This document shows, piece by piece, positions 1 through 11,900 of a stretch of 64,000 bases of DNA; position 1 is the stretch's first letter, and each line of letters begins with the position of its first letter. This stretch comes from Nemertoderma westbladi (taxonomy: Eukaryota; Animalia; Xenacoelomorpha), in the NCBI GenBank assembly GCA_032718475.1, contig JAUCBJ010006520.1, forward strand, positions 22,248 to 86,247. Reading direction: 5' to 3'. The translations under genes were made by a program, and so were the position numbers. The notes below the pieces were generated by a model. That model searched no databases and was not told the origin of the DNA. It saw nothing but the letters and a program-made list of their open reading frames with translations.

Positions 1-2360
1 CTTGATCTACATCCCAGTCCCTTGATCTACATCCCAGTCCCTTGATTTACATCCCAGTCCCTTGATCTACATCCCAGCCCTTTGATCTACATCCCAGTCC
101 CTTGATCTACATCCCAGCCCTTTGATCTACATCCCAGTCCCTTGATCTACATCCCAGCCCTTTGATCTACATCCCAATCCCTTGATTTACATCCCAGTCC
201 CTTGATCTACATCCAAGTCCCTTGATCTACATCCAAGTCCCTTGATCTACATCCCAGTCCCTTGATTTACATCCCAGTCCCTTGATCTACATCCCAGTCC
301 CTTGATTTACATCCCAGTCCCTTGATCTACATCCCAGTCCCTTGATTTACATCCCAGTCCCTTGATCTACATCCCAGCCCCTTGATCTACATCCCAGTCC
401 CTTGATCTACATCCCAGCCCTTTGATCTACATCCCAGTCCCTTGATCTACATCCCAGCCCTTTGATCTACATCCCAGTCCCTTGATCTACATCCCAGCCC
501 TTTGATCTACATCCCAATCCCTTGATTTACATCCCAGTCCCTTGATCTACATCCAAGTCCCTTGATCTACATCCAAGTCCCTTGATCTACATCCAAGTCC
601 CTTGATCTACATCCCAGTCCCTTGATCTACATCCCAGTCCCTTGATTTACATCCCAGTCCCTTGATCTACATCCCAGTCCCTTGATTTACATCCCAGTCC
701 CTTGATCTACATCCCAGCCCCTTGATCTACATCCCAGTCCCTTGATCTACATCCCAGCCCTTTGATCTACATCCCAGTCCCTTGATCTACATCCCAGCCC
801 TTTGATCTACATCCCAGTCCCTTGATCTACATCCCAGCCCTTTGATCTACATCCCAATCCCTTGATTTACATCCCAGTCCCTTGATCTACATCCAAGTCC
901 CTTGATCTACATCCAAGTCCCTTGATCTACATCCCAGTCCCTTGATCTACATCCCAGCCCTTTGATCTACATCCCAGTCCCTTGATCTACATCCCAGCCC
1001 TTTGATCTACATCCCAATCCCTTGATTTACATCCCAGTCCCTTGATCTACATCCAAGTCCCTTGATCTACATCCAAGTCCCTTGATCTACAACCCAGTCC
1101 CTTGATCTACATCCCAGTCCCTTGATCTACATCCAAGTCCCTTGATCTACATCCCAGTCCCTTGATCTACATCCAAGTCCCTTGATCTACAACCCAGTCC
1201 CTTGATCTACATCCCAGTCCCTTGATCTACATCCAAGTCCCTTGATCTACATCCAAGTCCCTTGATCTACATGCCAGTCCCTTGATCTACATCCTTGTCC
1301 CTTGATCTACAACCCAGTCCCTTGATCTACATCCCAGTCCCTTGATCTACATCCCAGTCCCTTGATCTACATCCCAGTCCCTTGATCTACATCCCAGTCC
1401 CTTGATCTACATCCAAGTCCCTTGATCTACATCCCAGTCCCTTGATCTACATCCAAGTCCCTTGATCGACATCCCAGTCCCTTGATCTACATCCCAGTCC
1501 CTTGATTTACATCCCAGTCCCTTGATCTACATCCCAGCCCCTTGATCTACATCCCAGTCCCTTGATCTACATCCCAGTCCCTTGATTTACATCCCAGTCC
1601 CTTGATCTACATCCCAGCCCCTTGATCTACATCCCAGTCCCTTGATTTACATCCCAGTCCCTTGATCTACATCCCAGTCCATTGATCTACATCCCAGTCC
1701 CTTGATCTACATCCCAGCCCTTTGATCTACATCCCAATCCCTTGATTTACATCCCAGTCCCTTGATCTACATCCCAGTCCCTTGATCTACATCCCAGTCC
1801 CTTGATCTACATCCCAGTCCCTTGATTTACATCCCAGTCCCTTGATCTACATCCCAGTCCCTTGATCTACATCCCAGTCCCTTGATCTACATCCAAGTCC
1901 CTTGATCTACATCCCAGTCCCTTGATCTACATCCCAGTCCCTTGATTTACATCCCAGTCCCTTGATCTACATCCCAGTCCCTTGATCTACATCCCAGTCC
2001 CTTGATCTACAACCCAGTCCCTTGATCTACATCCCAGTCCCTTGATCTACATCCCAGTCCCTTGATCTACATCCCAGTCCCTTGATCTACATCCCAGTCC
2101 CTTGATATACAACCCAGTCCCTTGATCTACATCCCAGCCCCTTGATCTACATCCCGGTCCATTGATCTACAACCCAGTCCCTTGATCTACATCCCAGTCC
2201 CTTGATCTACATCCCGGTCCATTGATCTACAACCCAGTCCCTTGATCTACATCCCAGTCCCTTGATCTACATCCCAGTCCCTTGATCTACATCCCAGTCC
2301 CTTGATCTACATCCAAGTCCCTTGATCTACATCCCAGTCCCTTGATCTACATCCCAGTCC
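1..2360. repeat. 20-bp tandem minisatellite (CTTGATCTACATCCCAGTCC)n, about 118 copies, runs off the window start
   Basis: Exact 20-bp periodicity with scattered substitutions seen directly. Confidence 0.98.
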
Positions 2361-2439
2361 TATATATACCTATATATTAGTCATATAAGCTGAGACCTGT
2401 CACATCACCCAGTCCAAAATTATGAACTCGATTTCTGAC

Positions 2440-2550
2440 AGGTGTTAGATACGAGAGACGCATCTTAAAGGACACTGTCCTTAAAGATGCGGATGATCTA
2501 GCAAATGTCATGGGTGATAGGGAGTTGTGGCGGTGCAATTTTGTCGATAA
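2440..2550 (+). mobile_element. Degenerate 3' end of an RTE-like LINE ORF
   Basis: One + frame reads ILKDTVLKDADDLANVMGDRELWRCNFV, resembling the L..DT.L....L...M.DR..WR C-terminal signature of RTE-clade ORF2 proteins; short, so uncertain. Confidence 0.45.
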
Positions 2551-2613
2551 GCCGGCACAGCATTCTTAAAAATGCAGCTGCAATGCAGCATGCCGATCCT
2601 AGTAGTAGTAGTA

Positions 2614-2735
2614 GCCCGCAATGTAGTACGCAATTACTGCCCGCAATGTAGTACGCAATTATTGCCCACAATGTAGTACGCAATTACTGCCCGCAATGTA
2701 GTACGCAATTACTGCCCGCAATGTAGTACGCAATG
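2614..2735. repeat. 25-bp tandem repeat (GCCCGCAATGTAGTACGCAATTACT), about 5 copies
   Basis: Direct periodicity. Confidence 0.9.
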
Positions 2736-2842
2736 ACTGAGAGAAATTCAAATTCCAAAACGGGAAAAATAATATAACAAAGTTAAATTGAGTATTCATT
2801 CTCACTGTACATAAATAAAATAAACCGATGAATTGAACTGAC

Positions 2843-3069
2843 CGGTGTTGCAGGCCTAGACCTTGTAGGTGGGTCTGCGGGAGAGAGGTTGGCCGACTTC
2901 ACTTTTATATTGGTGGAATCCTCGGCAACAGATGGAAGTTGTTCGGCCCCAGGAGGTATCAGACTGGGGCTGCGGGATCGGAACGTGGTAGGCGGCTGTT
3001 GGGGTCGCAATAAAGGTGGTGGGGTTGCAACTACTGGCGCCTTTATGTCCTTTACGTAGGGTTTCTCTC
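2843..3069 (-). CDS. Putative internal coding exon of an unidentified gene (Pro/Ser-rich: EKPYVKDIKAPVVATPPPLLRPQQPP...SRPATP)
   Basis: GC-rich island in AT-rich DNA, open frame throughout, acceptor ctattccCAG and donor CCG|GTCAGT on the minus strand; phase-compatible with the exon at 4757-4866. Confidence 0.55.
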
Positions 3070-4756
3070 CTGGGAATAGAATATTCCAGATCGATTAATT
3101 TATTGTAAGCTACACTAATAATACAATAGGCATAGTTAAACAGTATTTGAATATATTATATCACAGCATTCTTAAAAATGCAGCTGCAATGCAGCATGCC
3201 GATCCTAGTAGTAGTAGATACGATTCGTAATCATTATGTTTGGCACTATTTAATTAATATTTTATTCATGATTTCTTAAATGGTAATCTTGCGTTGGTTG
3301 CATTATGATAGCTAAGGTTCATATAAATATTTAAAAATCAGTTTCTAGAATTTTATGTTGTTGTTGTTGCCAAGGATACCGGGTGCGAAACTCCAACGTT
3401 GCCCGGCTGTAATTCAAAATGGCGATGGTCTCTGAATTTAAGATTTAGTTAGTAGATGAGTAAAAGAGATGAAAAGCTATCAAAATATTTGAAAATTCAA
3501 TTTGTTTACCTGCAATCCCGTTGCTATGGTAATAAGTACAATGAAAAAATTAAAGTATGACCTATCATTGAAAATTTTTTTTTTAATAATTTTCAACTGG
3601 CGGCACCTCAGTACAGTGGCCATGTGCAAAACATAATAACATAACCTGCTCTATGATTGGATAGTTTTTATTATATGCACGTATTATTTTCCTGTACAAC
3701 TGCGAGTTCTAATATAAAATCATTGATAATTATTGTCCAAATACAAAGTGTTAATCAATATAATTTTAAGCAATAATTATATTAATCATCAATACCATGC
3801 CAGCGGAATTGCATAAATAAATTCAAATGTCTAACATTTTGACAGACCTTTATGGCCCTTATTTTACCTACCAAATCGTAAGATCGGAGACCTTCGTGAT
3901 CTTGAATTTATGCTAGTTTTAACCTTGCAACCATTTACTACCTTGGTATAACAACAACACAAAAATTATAGAAACACATCTTAAAATATTTATATATACA
4001 CCTTTGCTCTGATGACCCGTTTGACTCATAGTGACCATTTGTATAATCCTTTCAAAAAGTGTCTCGTAAAATTACCCCCTTGTAATACTTAGACAGTATC
4101 TCTATTATCAGTATCTATAATTTAAACACCCCCGTGTTTAAATTATGAAAAAAAATGGACCAATCCTTGTGGCTACCATTTTCAAAAGTTGGGTTCTTAT
4201 GTGCAATAATGAGAAAAAAAACAAAAATATTGGTAGGGTGACAGCCGCACGTACCACCACCCCTACCTCACCTTTACAATTAGAAGTATAATTAATAGGT
4301 CATGCCATGTCATGCGTATATCGATTTAAAACTTGAATATTGAATTGAGCCAGCATACACCACCTCTTTGTGCAGTAACTCGCGAACTACTGTAGTCACT
4401 CTACTACTAATTTGAAGGTGTCTAGCTAGACCCACTTTATCGATCGTTGTAATTTCAATTGCAGTTGCGCAAGTACACATACGTCATAAACAAAAATCTT
4501 CCAGAATATAGTATTTTGTATTTATAAATAATGTATTTATTAAATAGAATAAATGGCATCCAGTTAATAATAATTCTGGAAAGTTTTGAAAATCGATGTG
4601 AATAATTGCTGCGATTCCAATGATGCAATGACACCGGGATTCGGTGGCTTAATGTGGCCACTTTAATATAAAAAAATAATTTCACTTTTTAAAGGTACAA
4701 GCTGACCGCGGCGCGGGCGAGCCTAGCTAAATGGGGATTTCTACAATGTTGCTAAC

Positions 4757-4866
4757 TCTCGTTTATTGTTTTGGTTCCTTTCATTGAACCCGCCTCTGTA
4801 ACGTGCTTCTTTACGGCGTTGACCTTGTACCTTTGGGAGATATTGACGATAGATTCATAGATTGAC
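4757..4866 (-). CDS. Putative internal coding exon upstream of 2843-3069 (SIYESIVNISQRYKVNAVKKHVTEAGSMKGTKTINE)
   Basis: Acceptor ttccaTAG, donor A|GTTAGC, open frame; ends with 1 spare nt, matching the 2-nt start of the next exon (AGA=Arg). Confidence 0.45.
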
Positions 4867-5611
4867 CTATGGAATGTTCTCAATTAAGTGGGACTGTTTA
4901 TGGCGTCATGAAAATTCTCAGAAGCGCCGCTAGGAGGCGTTAAATATCTCGTCAATAATTTTTAAAGGAACTTTTTTATAAGTTTTTAACAATAAATTAT
5001 ACATTATACTCTTGTAATACTGTATACTTGTATACATTATACAGTATAATACAATAAATTATTTTCAATATAGTTACCATAGGCGCATGTGTAATAGATA
5101 TTATTCACTTTGCCGATCTTTTTTTTGTGGAAACTTCTTATGTGCTTAGCTGGTGCTTTGTAATACTTTGCTTAGGTGGATATGACTAAGGTTCATCGAA
5201 ATGTAATAAAATGTCTTCCTGGTTGTTGCGAAAGTAACCGGATGCAAAGTTCAAACTTTGCGCGTCTGTAGAGGCCTAATTCAAGACGACAATAAATTCA
5301 GTTCTTCAGATTTGGTAGGTGTGTAGAGGGAATACAAATATATCCAAATATTTAAAAATTTTAATTTATTTAGATTCATGTTGCAATGGTAATAAGTATA
5401 ATTTTTTTTATTTTACTCAAATATTTGCTATACTTAATTAAACGTTACCATAAAATAAACAGTAATAGTTTATAAGGGTAAAACAATGAGAAATTGTAGC
5501 ACCAGAATTAACCTAAAAACACAAAAAATTATAAAATACTGAAAAAAAAATTATTTACGTAACCTAACTGAAATGTATAAATGGGTTAACCCTCTTTACC
5601 GCACCAGTAAA

Positions 5612-6222
5612 TGGCTGTTACTGGACTCCGTCAATGGAAAGGGGAACATGGGAGCGCGGCGTAACACATGGCGGCGTTACCCCGCCACAGACAATCTGCC
5701 AGGCGCTGGAAGAGTTGCTGGGTTGTGTTGCCAGGGAGAAGGGCTCGACGGAGAGCCAGCAGCCGACCAACCTCCCGGATGATTGATATTGATTCTTGGT
5801 CCCAACCCCCCAGGGCTTCAACAACAAGTGGTGTGAACCCCACCCAGAGGCGCGGCATTCCTCGTCGTGCGCAGTCATCTTGCGTTCCCTCGCCACGGTG
5901 AGTGCGTGACCTGGGTGCACGGCAGAGCCATGGATGGTGAGGGCCTGGAGGCTCGAGATGACCTTAATATCTAAGGCCATTGGTTGGCCACTGATTGTCT
6001 GTCTGAGCTGTAGTGTAGACTGCATCCCGGAAAGAGTCGTGACGACTGATACGGTCGCCGGCACCATCACAACCCACATTATGGTCACCGAAGGAGTCGG
6101 AGACTGACTCACACACTGGACATGAGGTTTTCTCGGAAGACATACGGACACCTAGCCAATACTGTAGGTATGCCTGATACTCCCTGTCCAGTATGTGAAG
6201 GCCAAGTGACGTGGATGGGTTC
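5612..6222 (-). mobile_element. Frameshifted 3' fragment of a CRE-like (restriction-like endonuclease) non-LTR retrotransposon
   Basis: Overlapping minus ORFs give CPVC..DSFGDHNVGC (zinc knuckle), RISRHD..RD, ALDIKVIS.LQ, FTPLVVEALGGW and LFQRLA.CLWRGNA: motif order typical of the CRE-clade C-terminus. Confidence 0.75.
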
Positions 6223-6715
6223 ACTAAATAAGTATAATGAAAAATTGTAATAATAATTGCCTACCAATTCTATAAAGCAATTTTTATTCGGTTTGTCTTT
6301 GTAAATAAGAAGATAAATTGTTCGATATTTTATTTTATAAAGAGTCCATAAACAAATCTGTCTATGTCCAATCATAGAGCACGACTTGTGATAGCATGAT
6401 TTTTAAATTCCAGAATATTAAATTTCGGTTAACAATAAATTATTAGAGACAATTAGGACAGCACCCAGGCATGTAAGTTGCGAATGATATAAATTGTAAA
6501 TAGTATAGTAGTCTATTTTCCAACAGGGCATAAAGACAAATTTATCGTTATACCCATCACCATGAAAAACGGGATTATAAACAAATTCAAGTATCAAATT
6601 TACTCACCTACTAAATATTATGATTATAACATTTCGTCGTCGTGAATTTTCAAAGTTTGAACTTTGCACCCGGTTAACCTTGACAATTTTATTACATTTC
6701 TATGAACCTTATAGT

Positions 6716-7599
6716 TAGTGCTGCGAACTGAAAGAAAATTTGACTTGTTTCGGTTTCAGTTTTAGTTTTAATAAACACGTTCATTATAGTTCTTGTTTCA
6801 GATCTAATAAACCTATTTATTTCAGTTCCAGTTCCTAAAAATATATAGTTTCAGTTCTATTTTCAGAAAGTTTTGTAAGTGTCTTGTTTACATACCGGTA
6901 CATAACTAGCTGCCGTGGCCAATCCTGTGGTACCCGCCGATGGATCCGACTGCCATTTATTAAATTTTTAATGAAAATAACCAGAATTTTTAGCTGCAAA
7001 AAGGTAATTGTTAGGTTTACAATTACGTATTACTTTAAAATAAAATCTATATTTGAGTAATTACTGTAAATTCCGAAAGGTGCTAAAATGGGTGCCAGGA
7101 ACTCCCCATCTCGAAAACTACTGGAGCTATTACAATTTTTATTTGCATCATCTGAAAGAGGACCTAATTTAGTTAGGGCCAAGTACTTTCGACGAGCTAG
7201 ACTATACGTTTAGATATTTTGACTAAGATAGGTCTATTTAACTGCCCCACTAAATTTATGAACTTTGCAGCGATTTGGCTGTTCGTATCTATAGTATTGG
7301 GTCTTGCAACACAATAAAGCAAATTACATTTATTTATTAAAGAATCGAAATAGTATTTATGAACACTAAAAACGCGAATTTAAAATTTGTTCTTATTCCC
7401 AATTTATAGATTATACTTTCAGTTTTAAATTTCTGGCAATTTAGTTCTAGTTCCAGTTCCAAGATCTCAAGTTTCAGTTCTAGTTTCAGTTTTAAAAAAA
7501 TTAATGTTTCAGTTTTAAATTTCTGGCAATTTAGTTCCAGTTCCAGTATTCCAAGATCTCAAGTTTCAGTTCTAGTTTCAGTTTCAGTTCCCTGCACTA
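6716..7599. mobile_element. hAT-like non-autonomous element (MITE)
   Basis: Imperfect TIRs TAGTGCTGCGAACTGAAA / TTTCAGTTCCCTGCACTA flanked by a perfect 8-bp TSD CTTATAGT (6708-6715 and 7600-7607); subterminal GTTTCA/GTTCCA repeats. Confidence 0.85.
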
Positions 7600-8166
7600 C
7601 TTATAGTCATAATATCCATCTAACCAAATTAGGAAGTTCCTAAAGAAATATTGTGGAAATAGTCGTAAATAAGAAAAAGTTATATAGTACACATTGATAT
7701 TAATATAGTTCACATAGACTATCGTGTTGAGGAACGCACTACGACGTGTTTTATGACAATATATTATGGCTCATGCGGCCGAGAATAATTTGAAATAAAT
7801 ACATAAAACATTAATTATATAATAGGTTTATAGTTAATTTTAGGCAACACCAACAACACAATGTCAGAATTAAAGGTTCTTACATTATTATATTTGCAGA
7901 TAACATAAGAGACAGATTTGATTGTACGAACTAATTTATAATTTGTACTACTACTAATACAACATTTAATATAACAATAAAAATAAACGAAAAAAACTAT
8001 ACAAAAACGATTTTAACAAATAATAAAACATAGTTACTAACAGCACAATCACACTTTTTTATAACCTACGTTTTTAGGTTATTAATTATTTACTGTAATT
8101 ATCTTGAAGCTCTTGAGTAAGCAATAATTACGAATTATATTTATTAATTCATTAAGCCCGTTAAGT

Positions 8167-8595
8167 AAAAAACCTTAACGGTAGGTGTGTTAGTACCAAA
8201 GTTTGTAAAAAACTAAAAAGCAACGCTGACAGCAGCCCGCTGATCGGTAGGTTTCGCGCGCATTCTCAGGAGGCCAAGCCAGGAAATGTAGAGAAAAATT
8301 CACAAAGGGAGACATCCGAGTATTGAAATGAAGTTAAAGAGATCTGTAGGTAACTAACCACTGGGAAGCAGCACCACAAACTTACGCCTATCACGTTTCT
8401 GCATGTTGAGCAGGCTTGCGTGTTTCAATGTAATACATTTCAAGCTTTTGCAAGACTGGCCGCAATGGGTGTCTAGCAATTACTTCAACTGGCTGCTGTC
8501 AGATGATCACTGATTGCATGCAACGTCTAGGTCTTGTTGCTTTTTAGTTTTTTTTTACATACTTTGGTACTAACACACCTACCGGTGAGGTTTTT
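8167..8595. mobile_element. MITE with about 55-bp imperfect TIRs
   Basis: AAAAACC..CGGTAGGTGTGTTAGTACCAAAGT..AAAACTAAAAAGCAAC mirrored at about 8536-8595. Confidence 0.75.
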
Positions 8596-8599
8596 AACC

Positions 8600-8912
8600 T
8601 ACTGTAATTACGTTTTAATTATTTTGTTTTAGTAATTGTACAGTACATGGTTACATCCTTATCGTTGAGTCGGACATTATAACGCTCTCGGAAAAGTTGT
8701 ACGTAGTGTAAGTATTTATGTTTATATTGGTTTTAGGTTAGCGTAGTGTAATATTGTATTTGTAACCAAGTAACATAAAGGACCCCCTTGGAAATAAGCT
8801 GCAAAGCTTTAGGGGTAATCCTATATGTTATGTTGGACAATACCTTTATACCGGTACATTGTTTGGTGTATTTGTTATGGTTTTTACATAATGTATAAAT
8901 AAATCTATCTAT
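8600..8912 (+). mobile_element. 3' UTR fragment of an L2/CR1-group LINE (same family as 55975-56545)
   Basis: Near-identical to the reverse complement of about 55975-56272; ends in AATAAAT plus short ctat repeats. Confidence 0.8.
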
Positions 8913-8978
8913 AATCTACAGACATGGTATCGTAGTGACCAGATAATCAACAATATAAGTAGTTGCTCTATTACCCCC

Positions 8979-11900
8979 AATACCCTAACTACGGTAATGG
9001 CGGAGTAGGTTCATTACCCTAACTACGGTAATGGCGGAGTAGGTCCATTACCATAACTACGGTAATGGAGTAGTAGGTTCATTACCCTAACTACGGTAAT
9101 GGCGGAGTAGGTTCATTACCATAACTACGGTAATGGCGGAGTAGGTTCATTACCATAACTACGGTAATGGCGGAGTAGGTTCATTACCCTAACTACGGTA
9201 ATGGCGGAGTAGGTTCATTACCATAACTACGGTAATGGCGGAGTAGGTTCATTACCATAACTACGGTAATGGCGGAGTAGGTCCATTACCATAACTACGG
9301 TAATGGCGGAGTAGGTTCATTACCATAACTACGGTAATGGCGGAGTAGTTCCATTACCCTAACTACGGTAATGGCGGAGTAGGTTCATTACCATAACTAC
9401 GGTAATGGCGGAGTAGGTTCATTACCATAACTACGGTAATGGCGGAGTAGGTTCATTACCCTAACTACGGTAATGGCGGAGTAGGTTCATTACCATAACT
9501 ACGGTAATGGCGGAGTAGGTTCATTACCATAACTACGGTAATGGCGGAGTAGGTCCATTACCATAACTACGGTAATGGCGGAGTAGGTTCATTACCATAA
9601 CTACGGTAATGGCGGAGTAGGTCCATTACCCTAACTACGGTAATGGCGGAGTAGGTTCATTACCATAACTACGGTAATGGCGGAGTAGGTCCATTACCAT
9701 AACTACGGTAATGGCGGAGTAGGTTCATTACCATAACTACGGTAATGGCGGAGTAGGTTCATTACCCTAACTACGGTAATGGCTGAGTAGGTTCATTACC
9801 ATAACTACGGTAATGGCTGAGTAGGTTCATTACCCTAACTACGGTAATGGCGGAGTAGGTTCATTACCATAACTACGGTAATGGCGGAGTAGGTCCATTA
9901 CCCTAACTACGGTAATGGCGGAGTAGGTTCATTACCATAACTACGGTAATGGCGGAGTAGGTTCATTACCATAACTACGGTAATGGCGGAGTAGGTTCAT
10001 TACCATAACTACGGTAATGGCGGAGTAGGTCCATTACCATAACTACGGTAATGGCGGAGTAGGTTCATTACCATAACTACGGTAATGGCGGAGTAGGTTC
10101 ATTACCATAACTACGGTAATGGCGGAGTAGGTTCATTACCCTAACTACGGTAATGGCGGAGTAGGTTCATTACCATAACTACGGTAATGGCGGAGTAGGT
10201 TCATTACCATAACTACGGTAATGGCGGAGTAGGTCCATTACCATAACTACGGTAATGGCGGAGTAGGTTCATTACCATAACTACGGTAATGGCGGAGTAG
10301 GTTCATTACCATAACTACGGTAATGGCGGAGTAGGTTCATTACCATAACTACGGTAATGGCGGAGTAGGTCCATTACCATAACTACGGTAATGGCGGAGT
10401 AGGTTCATTACCATAACTACGGTAATGGCGGAGTAGGTTCATTACCATAACTACGGTAATGGCGGAGTAGGTCCATTACCATAACTACGGTAATGGCGGA
10501 GTAGGTTCATTACCATAACTACGGTAATGGCGGAGTAGGTTCATTACCCTAACTACGGTAATGGCGGAGTAGGTTCATTACCATAACTACGGTAATGGCG
10601 GAGTAGGTTCATTACCATAACTACGGTAATGGCGGAGTAGGTTCATTACCCTAACTACGGTAATGGCTGAGTAGGTTCATTACCATAACTACGGTAATGG
10701 CGGAGTAGGTTCATTACCCTAACTACGGTAATGGCGGAGTAGGTTCATTACCATAACTACGGTAATGGCGGAGTAGGTTCATTACCATAACTACGGTAAT
10801 GGCGGAGTAGGTCCATTACCCTAACTACGGTAATGGCGGAGTAGGTTCATTACCATAACTACGGTAATGGCGGAGTAGGTTCATTACCATAACTACGGTA
10901 ATGGCGGAGTAGGTCCATTACCATAACTACGGTAATGGCGGAGTAGGTTCATTACCATAACTACGGTAATGGCGGAGTAGGTTCATTACCATAACTACGG
11001 TAATGGCGGAGTAGGTCCATTACCCTAACTACGGTAATGGCGGAGTAGGTTCATTACCATAACTACGGTAATGGCGGAGTAGGTTCATTACCATAACTAC
11101 GGTAATGGCGGAGTAGGTTCATTACCATAACTACGGTAATGGCGGAGTAGGTTCATTACCATAACTACGGTAATGGCGGAGTAGGTTCATTACCCTAACT
11201 ACGGTAATGGCGGAGTAGGTCCATTACCATAACTACGGTAATGGCGGAGTAGGTTCATTACCCTAACTACGGTAATGGCGGAGTAGGTCCATTACCATAA
11301 CTACGGTAATGGCGGAGTAGGTTCATTACCATAACTACGGTAATGGCGGAGTAGGTTCATTACCATAACTACGGTAATGGCGGAGTAGGTTCATTACCAT
11401 AACTACGGTAATGGCGGAGTAGGTTCATTACCATAACTACGGTAATGGCGGAGTAGGTTCATTACCCTAACTACGGTAATGGCGGAGTAGGTCCATTACC
11501 ATAACTACGGTAATGGCGGAGTAGGTTCATTACCCTAACTACGGTAATGGCGGAGTAGGTTCATTACCATAACTACGGTAATGGCGGAGTAGGTTCATTA
11601 CCATAACTACGGTAATGGCGGAGTAGGTTCATTACCATAACTACGGTAATGGCGGAGTAGGTTCATTACCATAACTACGGTAATGGCGGAGTAGGTTCAT
11701 TACCCTAACTACGGTAATGGCGGAGTAGGTCCATTACCATAACTACGGTAATGGCGGAGTAGGTTCATTACCCTAACTACGGTAATGGCGGAGTAGGTCC
11801 ATTACCATAACTACGGTAATGGCGGAGTAGGTTCATTACCATAACTACGGTAATGGCGGAGTAGGTTCATTACCCTAACTACGGTAATGGCGGAGTAGGT

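Noticed and set aside
2460-2490. Near-perfect hairpin GCATCTTAAAGGACA-C-TGTCCTTAAAGATGC
   Set aside because: Isolated and inside a LINE remnant; no evidence for an RNA gene or regulatory role.
3055-3069. EKPY resembling the C2H2 zinc-finger linker TGEKPY
   Set aside because: No Cys-X2-Cys follows, and the predicted upstream exon makes it REKPY.
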